Part shown: positions 48,997 to 58,231 of the stretch, one piece after another
How positions within the stretch are numbered: the stretch's first letter is position 1
Layout of the letters: each line of letters begins with the position of its first letter
IMG/VR virus record: IMGVR_UViG_3300045921_000146
Span: 1 to 64,000 of that record
Length of the DNA stretch: 64,000 bases
Reading direction: 5' to 3' (one strand)
Origin: a virus
Made by a program: the position numbers and the translations under genes
The notes under the pieces: model-generated
Database searches by the model: none
What the model was told of the DNA's origin: nothing
Seen by the model: the letters and a program-made list of their open reading frames with translations, nothing else

Positions 48997-50085
48997 TTAA
49001 TTAATACCTTCAATTTCCAATTTACGAGCATCAGCAAACAATTTAAGAAGTTCTTTGCTTTCTTCAATAACTTTGCGTGCAGACTCTTCCATGTAAAGTT
49101 CACGGCACAAGGCGAAAGCTAAATCTTTGGGGATAGCCAACAAGAATTGTCCCAAATTATCTTTTTCTGAAGCTTCAAACTGTTTACCGTTTTGAGTGTA
49201 CTGTTGAGCCAACTCAAGAATAGAGTCGCTAGTATATTTAAGCATATCAATACGACCTCCAGTTTTAGCGTTAGAATACTTTTTAATGCGAGCCTTCACA
49301 TTTTCAAAATTTTCCACGACTTCTCTAGCCGTGATAGGTTTGTCTTCGCTTTCCAAAGATTTAAGGTATGCTGTGCCAGCCGTTGTGCCTACAAGTCCGC
49401 AAATAAGGTCTCTACGCAAGTGGACAGGCAGTTTGGCCTTCATAAGCTTGTCTACAGCCTCCCAAGACCGACGAGAAGGGGTCACGCCAAGGTCGTAGGC
49501 TTCCAACTCTCCCTGAAGCATTGCAGGTTGTTCAGAAATGAACTGCACGATAGAAGGGTCAAAACCTTTCTTTTTTGCGTAAGAAAGCCACTCTGTTTTG
49601 GAGGGAGCCAATTTAATCTGACAAAAGCGATCCAAAAAAGCTCGGTCAGAAATATCTGTTACTACATAGTCTTGGGTAGAAGGGTTGGCCGCAGCAATAA
49701 CTGACCAACCTTTAGGCAACTTATATTCGTGAAGGCGTTTATCCAATACCAGTTGAAATACAGCTTGCAATACGTCACGGCGGCCACGGTTGATTTCATC
49801 AAGAAAAATAACACCTTGCGACTCTGGGTCTGTAGGAAACCAAGTAGGCTGCATGAATTTAGTAGCTACTTTTTCTCCTCGCTCATTGACTTTAAAGTCG
49901 GCAAGACCTAACAAGTCTCCAACGTCTTGAGTACCAAGGCGCAAGTCAACAAAGCCTAGTTGATTTTCGTCGCAATACTGCCGAACAGCTTGAGACTTAC
50001 CCACTCCATGATGCCCCCATACCAGTACAGCTACTCCAGTTTCTCGGATGAAAGGCAAGCTTTCTTTAAATTGGTTGATATTCAT
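48997..50085 (-). CDS. MoxR-like AAA+ ATPase
   Basis: GHHGVGKS, FLDEINR, AAANP, DRF and SRRSWE. Confidence 0.88.
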   Translation of the reverse strand: MNINQFKESLPFIRETGVAVLVWGHHGVGKSQAVRQYCDENQLGFVDLRLGTQDVGDLLGLADFKVNERGEKVATKFMQPTWFPTDPESQGVIFLDEINRGRRDVLQAVFQLVLDKRLHEYKLPKGWSVIAAANPSTQDYVVTDISDRAFLDRFCQIKLAPSKTEWLSYAKKKGFDPSIVQFISEQPAMLQGELEAYDLGVTPSRRSWEAVDKLMKAKLPVHLRRDLICGLVGTTAGTAYLKSLESEDKPITAREVVENFENVKARIKKYSNAKTGGRIDMLKYTSDSILELAQQYTQNGKQFEASEKDNLGQFLLAIPKDLAFALCRELYMEESARKVIEESKELLKLFADARKLEIEGIN

Positions 50086-50115
50086 TATTCCTCCCTATTA
50101 GTTAATTTTTAATTA

Positions 50116-50985
50116 TTACTTTACTTGTTCTTCTTTGTCAACTTGTTCAAGGTATCCCATTCTATACCATCTACTCAAATCAGTAGCAGGTTTTATGCCA
50201 AAACTTTCTAATTGTGATTTCAATACGTTAGGCTTAGGACTGCGAACTATTTCTGTCAACTTTTTAGCCGCTTGTGCGTCACAAATGCCGAATCTAAGGT
50301 TTTGTGCTGAAGCTAGAAACTTAGCAAACTGTTCATTAGTGGCATTTTTTGGTAACTTTTTTCCCCAGAAATATTCAATAAGGAAGGCTATAGAATGCTT
50401 ATAGTTAGAAAATATATTTCGTTTTAGGCTTCCTTCAGAAAAAGGAGACCCCCAAGAACCTCTATAGCCGCCCTTTACTGCATTAAGGACACCCTCATTA
50501 ATTTTAGAGCCAAATACTTTATTTAAAACTTCTTCTGGAGTACCCCCTAACAAATTATTAAAATACTCAGTTCTAGCTTGCTCATCTCTGGTACGAGTAA
50601 TAGTCATAGTCATATTAACTTGTTTAGGAAAAGAATTACTGTTACCTAAAAGTTTAAAAAGTATTTCATTAAAACTTATAGACTTAAATTCTGTTCCACT
50701 ACCCTCCAGTAAATATTTCTCACCATTCATCAAAACTTCGGATTTAACAAACTCACATTTAGAGTCTATTAAGAAGTGCTCAGGTAGGTAGGAGGTTAAC
50801 ATTGGATTTTGATTTAGAAACGGAGCATTGGATGTGTAGCTAAATCCGCCCCAACTTAAACGTAATTCAAGGTCAGTAGAAATAGTGGTTGTGTTAGACA
50901 AATCCGCATCTAACAGTTGTTCAGAATTGTAAGGCACTTGCAACAAATTCATCATGTCTATTTTATTTTTAAGTTCTTCAGTCAA
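50116..50985 (-). CDS. Hypothetical protein
   Basis: Long ORF with GGGAGG upstream. Confidence 0.6.
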   Translation of the reverse strand: MTEELKNKIDMMNLLQVPYNSEQLLDADLSNTTTISTDLELRLSWGGFSYTSNAPFLNQNPMLTSYLPEHFLIDSKCEFVKSEVLMNGEKYLLEGSGTEFKSISFNEILFKLLGNSNSFPKQVNMTMTITRTRDEQARTEYFNNLLGGTPEEVLNKVFGSKINEGVLNAVKGGYRGSWGSPFSEGSLKRNIFSNYKHSIAFLIEYFWGKKLPKNATNEQFAKFLASAQNLRFGICDAQAAKKLTEIVRSPKPNVLKSQLESFGIKPATDLSRWYRMGYLEQVDKEEQVK

Positions 50986-50997
50986 GTGAGACCTCCC

Positions 50998-51130
50998 TAG
51001 TATTATTTTAATATATATAATAAATTTTATATTGTGTATACTAATATTAATTTATATTATATATAATAAGTAATAAAAATTTATTTAATTTTTATTACTT
51101 ATTTATACTATACTTATGTATTATTTAAAA
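50998..51130. other. Extremely AT-rich divergent intergenic tract with 16-bp inverted repeat (candidate origin)
   Basis: ATAAGTAATAAAAATT (51066-51081) / AATTTTTATTACTTAT (51087-51102). Confidence 0.45.
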
Positions 51131-51204
51131 GCAATTTATATACCATACATAAGTATTTAATAACACTGGTGTCGCCCAAAATATATAGATTAATATTTTT
51201 ACAC

Positions 51205-51233
51205 TTGACATTATTTTTTTGACAGAGTACAGT
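51205..51233 (+). promoter_or_regulatory. Sigma70-like promoter
   Basis: TTGACA-N17-TACAGT. Confidence 0.6.
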
Positions 51234-51263
51234 TTAAGTAACCCAATCCGGATGGAGGTCGTT

Positions 51264-51488
51264 ATGAGTAAAAATAAGTTCGAGTTTGACGTTTTCTTTG
51301 ACATCGCAGATCGCAATGGCACTAAGTTATTGGTGGATAACTACGGCTATATTTGCGGCGTTTATAGGTCTTTTAAAGAAGCTAAACAGGCAATGAAACC
51401 TATTCGTAGGAATATTGTGGCAGAGTTTAAGAAACGAAAAAAATTGGGGAAGTCACTCCCCAATCCAATCAAACTGAGCCGCAGTTAA
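51264..51488 (+). CDS. Lone + strand small basic protein
   Basis: Has its own promoter and a GGAGG RBS. Confidence 0.6.
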   Translation: MSKNKFEFDVFFDIADRNGTKLLVDNYGYICGVYRSFKEAKQAMKPIRRNIVAEFKKRKKLGKSLPNPIKLSRS

Positions 51489-51695
51489 AGTTTTCTTTAC
51501 TTGCGGCGTAAGAACGTCTAAAGTAGTTTGAGAGGTACATTGCTTAACAATTCGTACCTCTTGAACTTCTTCAGTAATGCGCATACTCTTAACATATTTT
51601 CTGGCTTTAGACAGTTTATCGTAAGTAGTGTCTAAACTACCGTTAATAAGTACAGCGTACATAGTCTCTACAACTTTAGGAGCGTATTTTTTCAT
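51453..51695 (-). CDS. Hypothetical protein
   Basis: Coupled ORF. Confidence 0.55.
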   Translation of the reverse strand: MKKYAPKVVETMYAVLINGSLDTTYDKLSKARKYVKSMRITEEVQEVRIVKQCTSQTTLDVLTPQVKKTLTAAQFDWIGE

Positions 51696-51900
51696 TTACC
51701 ACCAACCTATCGTGAGCAAACAAAGTAGGATAAGTAATCCTCTCTAAATTTTTAAGGTCAAACAATTCGTAACTATTACCATAAATAGGATGGTCAGGTA
51801 CTTGTTGTAAGACCATAAAACTTTCCGAGGAAAAGAACTTCTTAGCAGTTTGTTTGACAACTAAGAATTGATTAGGTTTAAAATTAAACACTCTTTCCAT
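51676..51900 (-). CDS. Small SH3-like hypothetical protein
   Basis: GGAGG RBS; FKPNQFLVV. Confidence 0.55.
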   Translation of the reverse strand: MERVFNFKPNQFLVVKQTAKKFFSSESFMVLQQVPDHPIYGNSYELFDLKNLERITYPTLFAHDRLVVNEKIRS

Positions 51901-52126
51901 AAAGAACCTCCGCTACATCCTTACGAGTAATTATAGCGCATTTGTCTTCAAGCTTACTTTCATAGTAACGCTTCCACTCGTCGTTAGAACCCTTATTGCT
52001 AGTAGGATTCATAACCTTGAGAGTGTATAAATTTTGATTTTTAACAAAATCTACAGCGTCAACAAATAAAAATACTTTTTGTTCTTTGTGAAACAGAATG
52101 TCTGAAACTTTATATTTACTCTTCAT
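51884..52126 (-). CDS. Small SH3/KOW-like protein (ends AEVLYGKSV)
   Basis: KYKVSDIL start. Confidence 0.65.
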   Translation of the reverse strand: MKSKYKVSDILFHKEQKVFLFVDAVDFVKNQNLYTLKVMNPTSNKGSNDEWKRYYESKLEDKCAIITRKDVAEVLYGKSV

Positions 52127-52283
52127 TATCGTTCTCCTCTGTAATTTCTTTAGTTAAAAAAATTTCATTTTCTAGTTCTTCTAATTTACGCTCAATGTCG
52201 TAATATTCCTCACCTTCAGCTTCAATAAGCATAAAACACAACATTTCTCTTTCTGAAATTAATTCTTGTAAATCTTTAATCAT
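52116..52283 (-). CDS. Small acidic protein (55 aa)
   Basis: AGGAG RBS; very Glu-rich. Confidence 0.5.
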   Translation of the reverse strand: MIKDLQELISEREMLCFMLIEAEGEEYYDIERKLEELENEIFLTKEITEENDNEE

Positions 52284-52312
52284 ATTTTCTCCTAATAATT
52301 TTTTATATTGTT

Positions 52313-52672
52313 TTATTGTTTATAGTAACAGTTTTCAGGTTCGTGCAAATAACTGAAAACGATAGTTTTTGGAAATTTTAAATTTAAAAAAGTATTCATA
52401 CGACTCTTAGAGCAATCTAAAGTATAGTGCGGCATTTTAACCAATTCAGCACGCTCAAAAGCCACTACCTTACAGTCAAACTTAGCCTGGTCTACTACAT
52501 AGTTATGGTCTACAGTCTCCAATAGAACAGGAAATTCGCATATCAAGTTACTACCTATCTTCCAACTTAACTCACTAGGTTCGTTTTTAAGGGACTCTTG
52601 GTAGTTAAGGTAGTGCAGGTACAAGCCCACAGAAAAACTTGCGACTATAGCTAAATCCCACATAAATTTCAT
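52313..52672 (-). CDS. Membrane-anchored hypothetical protein
   Basis: N-terminal TM; four Cys. Confidence 0.55.
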   Translation of the reverse strand: MKFMWDLAIVASFSVGLYLHYLNYQESLKNEPSELSWKIGSNLICEFPVLLETVDHNYVVDQAKFDCKVVAFERAELVKMPHYTLDCSKSRMNTFLNLKFPKTIVFSYLHEPENCYYKQ

Positions 52673-52673
52673 A

Positions 52674-52937
52674 TTAAAACTCCCAACGCCAATTTAGCCT
52701 TTTATTGACTATAATCTCATGTATTGCAATACCTGTGCCCACATAAGGCTCAATATCTTTAGGTACATAGCGTTTCTGTAGTCGTTGAACTTTTTTATCT
52801 ATGTTAAAATGTTTTACAAAAGCCTCCCCAGCCATAGGTAAAGCTTGGTTACTGCAATGCAGTTCTTGCTCCAGCTCAAAGGTGGGCGTTTTGGCGGCCA
52901 CTGGAACCATTAAAATAAGTGTCAAAATATTAATCAT
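52674..52937 (-). CDS. Secreted small protein ending WRWEF
   Basis: Signal peptide; beta-signal-like C-terminus. Confidence 0.55.
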   Translation of the reverse strand: MINILTLILMVPVAAKTPTFELEQELHCSNQALPMAGEAFVKHFNIDKKVQRLQKRYVPKDIEPYVGTGIAIHEIIVNKRLNWRWEF

Positions 52938-53160
52938 TTTGTTCCTGCATTTTAGAGTAAAGAACTTTAGCTACTTGAGGGTCTACTTTCATATAAGCAA
53001 TATTGACCATACGTTTAGGAATGGTTAGTAATTGGTCGTCGCTCTCTCTACGAAGAAATACTTTATGTAAGTCAGTCTTTATAACGAAATATAAGTCTTC
53101 GGGATTAGTCTTTTGGCAAATGTAATCATTTTTTTGTAGGTTTACTTTTAATTTACTCAT
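52930..53160 (-). CDS. Small SH3/KOW-like protein (VAKVLYSK)
   Basis: LQKNDYIC; AGGAG RBS. Confidence 0.65.
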   Translation of the reverse strand: MSKLKVNLQKNDYICQKTNPEDLYFVIKTDLHKVFLRRESDDQLLTIPKRMVNIAYMKVDPQVAKVLYSKMQEQND

Positions 53161-53172
53161 AACTTACTCCTG

Positions 53173-53424
53173 TTACAAAGGTCTCCAAGTTTGCTCTCTT
53201 AAACATTTAGCCCAAGGATTGTTACATATTAACCACTCATTTTTGTCTTGAAACATTATTTTAAATTTAATTTTTTTATTAATAATAAAACTTTCAACGT
53301 ATCCTTGGTTAATAAATATACCCTTCACTTTATAATAACCTTTTTCGGAGTCTATAATTACTTTATTTACATATATTGCTACGTCCATAAATCTGTAGTG
53401 TTTAATTACGTCAGAGGACTTCAT
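53173..53424 (-). CDS. Hypothetical protein
   Basis: GAGG RBS before MKSSDV. Confidence 0.55.
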   Translation of the reverse strand: MKSSDVIKHYRFMDVAIYVNKVIIDSEKGYYKVKGIFINQGYVESFIINKKIKFKIMFQDKNEWLICNNPWAKCLREQTWRPL

Positions 53425-53593
53425 CTGGAGCCTCTTTAACACATTGGATGATATCTTCATCCGTAAAATCTGGTCCCTTGTCTACTATACAGTTGTTAAA
53501 ATGGTCGATACACTGTAAGTCCCTGACCGTTAATTGGTCAGGGCCTACTGTAATACCACACAAAGAAATAATGGTGCTTACAATGATTTCCAT
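53411..53593 (-). CDS. Small Cys-containing protein
   Basis: Coupled ORF; four Cys. Confidence 0.5.
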   Translation of the reverse strand: MEIIVSTIISLCGITVGPDQLTVRDLQCIDHFNNCIVDKGPDFTDEDIIQCVKEAPDEVL

Positions 53594-54027
53594 TAGAAGT
53601 CCACTCCTACGTCAAAAGTAATAGTTTCGTTAGTATGAATAGTACCACCAATACTAAACTCTTCATTAAGTTTTCTGCTATAAGAAATACCCAGCAAAGC
53701 GTCACGACTCTGAGAGATTGTGTACGCACCGCTTAAATAACTATCTCGCATTTTATAGTACCCAGTACCAGCGTGCATAGTCACTCGGTTTTTCTTTTCT
53801 TCTTTTTTGACGATTAACACAATTGGATTAGACTCTTCAGCGACCATACTTGGTTTAGAAGCTTCGGAGCCACGTTTTACTACTGCGTATTCGTCCGCAG
53901 AAAAGGTATAGCTTTTACCATCTTTAAGGGTCACGGTAATAGTACCGCCCTTAAGGTATTCTGGAGCTGGACCTACTGCTAGTGCTGGTACGGCAAACAT
54001 CATTAAAATTACAGTTAAAGATTTCAT
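53593..54027 (-). CDS. Secreted protein with OMP-like C-terminal beta strands
   Basis: Signal peptide (ALA); ends FDVGVDF. Confidence 0.6.
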   Translation of the reverse strand: MKSLTVILMMFAVPALAVGPAPEYLKGGTITVTLKDGKSYTFSADEYAVVKRGSEASKPSMVAEESNPIVLIVKKEEKKNRVTMHAGTGYYKMRDSYLSGAYTISQSRDALLGISYSRKLNEEFSIGGTIHTNETITFDVGVDF

Positions 54028-54038
54028 AAGTATCTCCA

Positions 54039-55313
54039 TTAGTTATTACAAGCTTTAGTTTGTTGTGTTCCTACAGACTGTGGAGTTGCGATAACAGTGT
54101 TACGAGAGTCGAATGTTACCAAAGTTTCTCGTCCAGCCTCTACCAACATAGTAATTTCATTAGAATTAGTCTGTTTAACTTTAACATTTTGCGTAACGCT
54201 AGTTCTAATTCGTACTTTAGAAGCATTGAGTAACACAGACTCGTCAGCAATACAGGTAAGTTGAATACCATTGCTAGGCTCTGAGCCAGTTAGGGGGCGG
54301 CTATAAGCCCTAACTCCAGATTTGTTAGTTGGAATGCCTCTTTCTACTACGTTACCGCTGATAACATCAAAATGGCAGCTTTGACTATCAGTAGTAGCAT
54401 ATTTACCGTCAAGCAATTCTACTAGACCCAAGTTAAGATACCAAGCTAACAAAGAGCCTTCGCTAGTTTGTAACAAAACTTCATCGGGATTGTTAGGAGA
54501 TTGGTTACTCATAGGGCCACAAGGGTCGATAACCTTAGTAATAGTTTGACCAAGGTTGCTCAAGTCGTCTTTCAAGTCTTGAATATCTAAGTAGTTCTGA
54601 TTTACAAGGCTAGTAAGCGAAGTAAGTTCCTCGCCCAAAGAACTTAAATCGTTGAAAATTTGAGTAATATCACCTTCTACATCACTCATTCGACTTTTTA
54701 AATTATTAATTTGAGTTTGAAAAGACAAATTAATAAAGAATTGCGCCAAACCCAGCGCATTTAGTTGCAATTGCAAGTTAGAGATAAGGTTAGAATTAAA
54801 ATTTACTGCCGCTTCAACTAAAAACATCCTATCCTCTAAAGAACTAACTTCATGTTGTAGATCGGCAACTTGAGTTTGCAAGTCTTGGATATCGTTTTCA
54901 AGATTGTCTACTCGAACCTTTAAAGTAGAAATTCTACTAAGAGCCAAATTAGCTTTAGTATTAATACTTGCAATTTGAAACTGAACAAATGCGTTAATTG
55001 CTGATTGCAAAACAATAGAACTAGCAAGACTGTCAGCTAGTGCCTCATCTCCAGCAATTCTGGCAGCCTGTTCTTCCTCAATAAGCTGCTTTAATTCCAA
55101 TTCAAGTGCATTTAGTTGTTGTTGTAGCAGAGTAATACTGGCGGTATTAGCAGCAATAGCAATATCTCGCATAGAGTCTAATTGGTCGTTAAGGTCAGCT
55201 CTACGCTCCAGCTCTACAATTCTAGCAAGGTGGTCAGGCAGCACGATTGTCTTTTTTGAACAACCGATAGCTACTAGAGCTACTAGGGTTAAGAGTGTAA
55301 AAAGTTTTTGCAT
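54039..55313 (-). CDS. Lipoprotein with long coiled coil and C-terminal DPCG domain
   Basis: AIGC lipobox; heptad repeats; DPCG..EVLL..G.Y.TTD..C.F. Confidence 0.7.
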   Translation of the reverse strand: MQKLFTLLTLVALVAIGCSKKTIVLPDHLARIVELERRADLNDQLDSMRDIAIAANTASITLLQQQLNALELELKQLIEEEQAARIAGDEALADSLASSIVLQSAINAFVQFQIASINTKANLALSRISTLKVRVDNLENDIQDLQTQVADLQHEVSSLEDRMFLVEAAVNFNSNLISNLQLQLNALGLAQFFINLSFQTQINNLKSRMSDVEGDITQIFNDLSSLGEELTSLTSLVNQNYLDIQDLKDDLSNLGQTITKVIDPCGPMSNQSPNNPDEVLLQTSEGSLLAWYLNLGLVELLDGKYATTDSQSCHFDVISGNVVERGIPTNKSGVRAYSRPLTGSEPSNGIQLTCIADESVLLNASKVRIRTSVTQNVKVKQTNSNEITMLVEAGRETLVTFDSRNTVIATPQSVGTQQTKACNN

Positions 55314-55366
55314 ATTTCTTCTCCTCGGCGGTTTGGTTTATTCTCCGCTCGTTCAACTCTAATAGT

Positions 55367-55382
55367 AGCAATTACCGTACCA
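55367..55382 (-). promoter_or_regulatory. Sigma54-like -24/-12 motif
   Basis: TGGTACGGTAATTGCT upstream of 54039-55313. Confidence 0.55.
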
Positions 55383-55450
55383 CCCCTAAATGCAAATGGC
55401 GGCCAGCTAACCCCTTTAAACCGCCTACTAATTATAATAATGTATAAAAA

Positions 55451-56014
55451 TTAGTCGTCCCCGAACAGTATCTTCTGTACGTCACTGACAATTTGGCTCT
55501 TGGGTATCCAAATAGGGCCAATAATACCAGCAATTTTGGCCTCTTCTTCAATCTTAGCTATAATTTCTTGAGCCTTGTCTATAGTAGGCCGTTCAATCTT
55601 AAAGTATTTCTTAGCGCAAACAGGGCCAATACCTGTAGCTTTACTAATCTGGTTGTCTAATCCTCTACCGCAACAATGGCAAACAGAAGCTATCTTAGAG
55701 CTAAAAGAAACCTTAACTTGGATAGCTCTGTTACTTTCTGAAACGACCTCTTCAATAACTAAGTTACGAAAAAAGAAAGGTAGCTTTTGAGTTTTAGCAA
55801 GACTTTGAGCTAACCACTTCCTAATAGTAATAGTTTGCCGTACTTTATAAGTAAACTCTTTGGTAGCCTCTTGCTTGGTAAAGAAATTAACAGCGCATTC
55901 TAATTGTTTAGGGGATAGTTGGCCGTACTTCTTAGCTTGGTACTTTAAACTCAGGATAAAAGAATTAGAACCTGAGTAATTGCTAAGTTTTTCGAGAGTT
56001 TGTTGGTTGTCCAT
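55451..56014 (-). CDS. DUF6011-like Zn-finger protein (ends QKILFGDD)
   Basis: LSPKQ; CHCCGRGL..S.ATGIGPVC. Confidence 0.75.
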   Translation of the reverse strand: MDNQQTLEKLSNYSGSNSFILSLKYQAKKYGQLSPKQLECAVNFFTKQEATKEFTYKVRQTITIRKWLAQSLAKTQKLPFFFRNLVIEEVVSESNRAIQVKVSFSSKIASVCHCCGRGLDNQISKATGIGPVCAKKYFKIERPTIDKAQEIIAKIEEEAKIAGIIGPIWIPKSQIVSDVQKILFGDD

Positions 56015-56039
56015 TTGGCCTCCGTTTACTATTTAAACT

Positions 56040-56055
56040 AGCAAACGCAGTGCCA
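56040..56055 (-). promoter_or_regulatory. Sigma54 consensus -24/-12 motif
   Basis: TGGCACTGCGTTTGCT about 25 nt before an ATG with a GGAGG RBS. Confidence 0.7.
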
Positions 56056-56058
56056 GGT

Positions 56059-56526
56059 CTAACGCCAATAGCTTCGATATGACTCCCAATATTTGTCTAA
56101 ACAGTAGGGCACTGTCAACATTGAGAACATTAAATTCTGAGGGCAGCCGTCTGGCCGCAAGTCTTCGATATGATAAGGGATTTTAAACTCACAATGGATT
56201 AGTTCGTGGTAAATTAAAGCCAAACGACTTTGAGTACTCATATAAATCCATTTATTTTCAAGCACTTCCACTTCTGTAAAAGTTTTAGTCGTTACAAAAG
56301 GCTGTATTCCTTTCTTAGCAGTCCAAACTCTACATTGCGCCAGCCTCCTATTCGGTAGGCTTTTAACGAAATTCACTGAGCTACTAACTGTTACGCCGTA
56401 ATACGCTTCAAAATCAGCTACGTAAGGTTTTAAGCTTGGGGCTATACCTACCTGGCCTCTAGGGTCAGGAAACGAACCGCAAGCCGTTAAAAGCGTTAAA
56501 AAGGCTAAAAGCGACCACTTATTCAT
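56059..56526 (-). CDS. Lipoprotein zinc metallopeptidase
   Basis: LTAC lipobox; HELIHC...H. Confidence 0.75.
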   Translation of the reverse strand: MNKWSLLAFLTLLTACGSFPDPRGQVGIAPSLKPYVADFEAYYGVTVSSSVNFVKSLPNRRLAQCRVWTAKKGIQPFVTTKTFTEVEVLENKWIYMSTQSRLALIYHELIHCEFKIPYHIEDLRPDGCPQNLMFSMLTVPYCLDKYWESYRSYWR

Positions 56527-56773
56527 TTTGGCCTTTCAAAAATAGTATTTTAACCGCTTTAGGTATTTCTGTGGCGGACTCTAAAGGGATAGAGTCATTT
56601 TCATAACTTCTCTGGTAAACTTGATTTTCTGCGCACCAATCTGTTTGACCCCTAAAGTTCTTACATTTAAAATTTTTGGAGCAAAAAACCCTCCTAGCAA
56701 GACCATCGTCTAAAATTTCATCAATATGATAACCTTCGTCGTAAATCATGATTTTTAACTCATACTTAGACAT
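56519..56773 (-). CDS. Hypothetical protein (AVKILFLK)
   Basis: Coupled ORF. Confidence 0.6.
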   Translation of the reverse strand: MSKYELKIMIYDEGYHIDEILDDGLARRVFCSKNFKCKNFRGQTDWCAENQVYQRSYENDSIPLESATEIPKAVKILFLKGQNE

Positions 56774-56910
56774 TATTGCTCCTGGAAAAATTCTTTATAT
56801 TCAGTTAATTTTTGTAGAAGTACTAGAATATCTCCTTCTCTTAAAATTGCTACGTTATTAAGGTAAGCTACATAAAAATTATATTCTGCGTCTTTTCTAA
56901 TCGTAATCAT
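56773..56910 (-). CDS. Small hypothetical protein (45 aa)
   Basis: GGAGG RBS; TAATG coupling. Confidence 0.5.
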   Translation of the reverse strand: MITIRKDAEYNFYVAYLNNVAILREGDILVLLQKLTEYKEFFQEQ

Positions 56911-57410
56911 AACCCCTCCAGTTTAGTTTTTACTAATACAACTACTGTGCCGACTTGTACTAGCCGTAATTTAATTCTGGCAGTTATAAGTTGTATAAAT
57001 TTTTGAAAACGTGTAAAATTTAAACACTCAAAACGTAGTAATAAAGTGGAGAATAAAGCGTTAAACGGACTAAGTTGTTGAATACTTTGTCCCCTCTACG
57101 TTCTGAAAGGGCTATAAATAGGCCAAAAAAGTGTAGGGCGATTAAAATACCTACGTAAGTTGCCATTAATTAGCCTCCAAGTTAATTTGCGTTAAGGGCC
57201 TACCAGCTACTTCGCTGTAAATAGTTTTAGGCTTAGTAGGTTTAGTCTTTGTTGTTTTGCTCATTTAAAACCTCTAAAGTTTGTAGCGTAGGTTAAGCTT
57301 ACCTTACTGCAATTTCTTTGCCGCCCCCAGCTCTAAATGGCGGCCACCTTAACCTCAGTAAAGCGTATAACTTTTATAAATTGTATATTTTGTAAACACT
57401 TAATAGGCTT

Positions 57411-57578
57411 TTATGATGATCTATATAGCATCGTATACCAATTGTCCAGCCTAGTAAAAAAACTTATGCTACCTAAATAAATTATAAACTTTAATATAGG
57501 GGTCAAAACGTATTTAACGAAAGCTAAAGTAATAACAAAATTAGCTAACAGTTGTTGGATTAAATTAAAGTTGCTCAT
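57411..57578 (-). CDS. Small membrane protein (55 aa)
   Basis: ATGA overlap with the third Ser-rich peptide; hydrophobic. Confidence 0.45.
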   Translation of the reverse strand: MSNFNLIQQLLANFVITLAFVKYVLTPILKFIIYLGSISFFTRLDNWYTMLYRSS

Positions 57579-57787
57579 TCAATGCCCCTACTTAATTTAT
57601 TTTTTTTACCAAATCTAGAGCTAGAATTAACTCCCGATTTAGAATTAAACATTGTAATACTCCCAAACAAAGACCTAGACGCACAAATAGACCAAGATTT
57701 ATAGGTAGTTATGGACCTTGGTTTAACTCCAGTTTTAGATTTATAATTTGAATACATATATTGTGGTAGTTTATTATAGTAGTTCAT
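57575..57787 (-). CDS. Ser-rich peptide paralog 3 (MNYYNKLPQYMY..)
   Basis: Shared leader; AAGGA RBS. Confidence 0.65.
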   Translation of the reverse strand: MNYYNKLPQYMYSNYKSKTGVKPRSITTYKSWSICASRSLFGSITMFNSKSGVNSSSRFGKKNKLSRGIE

Positions 57788-57788
57788 A

Positions 57789-57989
57789 CTACTTACTTTC
57801 CTTACCAGACCTAGACCTAGAACCAAACCTAGAACCAGACCAATAATTAGACCAAGAACTAGACCAAGAACTAGACCGAGGCCTAGACCAAGAACTAGAC
57901 CGAGGCCTAGACCCAGAACTAGACCCAGACTCAGACCTAGACCTAGAACCTTGATATAACCAATTTGGTAGCTTATTGTAGTAGCTCAT
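57789..57989 (-). CDS. Ser/Arg/Trp-rich peptide paralog 2 (MSYYNKLPNWLYQGS..)
   Basis: Shared leader; hexamer repeats. Confidence 0.7.
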   Translation of the reverse strand: MSYYNKLPNWLYQGSRSRSESGSSSGSRPRSSSWSRPRSSSWSSSWSNYWSGSRFGSRSRSGKESK

Positions 57990-57990
57990 A

Positions 57991-58182
57991 CTATCTAGTT
58001 TCCTTACCAGACCTAGAAATAGACCAAGAACTAAACCGAGACCTAGACCCAGACTCAGACCAGCAAGACATAGGCCAAGAGCCAGACCCAGACCCAGACC
58101 AAAACCCAGACCAAGACCTAGACCTAAAACCAGACTTAGAACCTTGATATACCCAACTTGGTAGTTTATTATAGTAGTTCAC
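57991..58182 (-). CDS. Ser/Arg/Trp-rich peptide paralog 1 (MNYYNKLPSWVYQGS..)
   Basis: Shared leader; hexamer repeats. Confidence 0.7.
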   Translation of the reverse strand: MNYYNKLPSWVYQGSKSGFRSRSWSGFWSGSGSGSWPMSCWSESGSRSRFSSWSISRSGKETR

Positions 58183-58231
58183 AGTTTAGTAGCCTTTTAA
58201 ATAGGCCCTAGTTTAGGCTAGGGCCAGTTGT

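Noticed and set aside
57800-58140. AGACCN hexamer repeats as a CRISPR array or DGR, and the + strand DPD-rich ORF
   Set aside because: There is no constant repeat-spacer structure and no cas or reverse transcriptase gene. The repeats encode Ser-X on the - strand.
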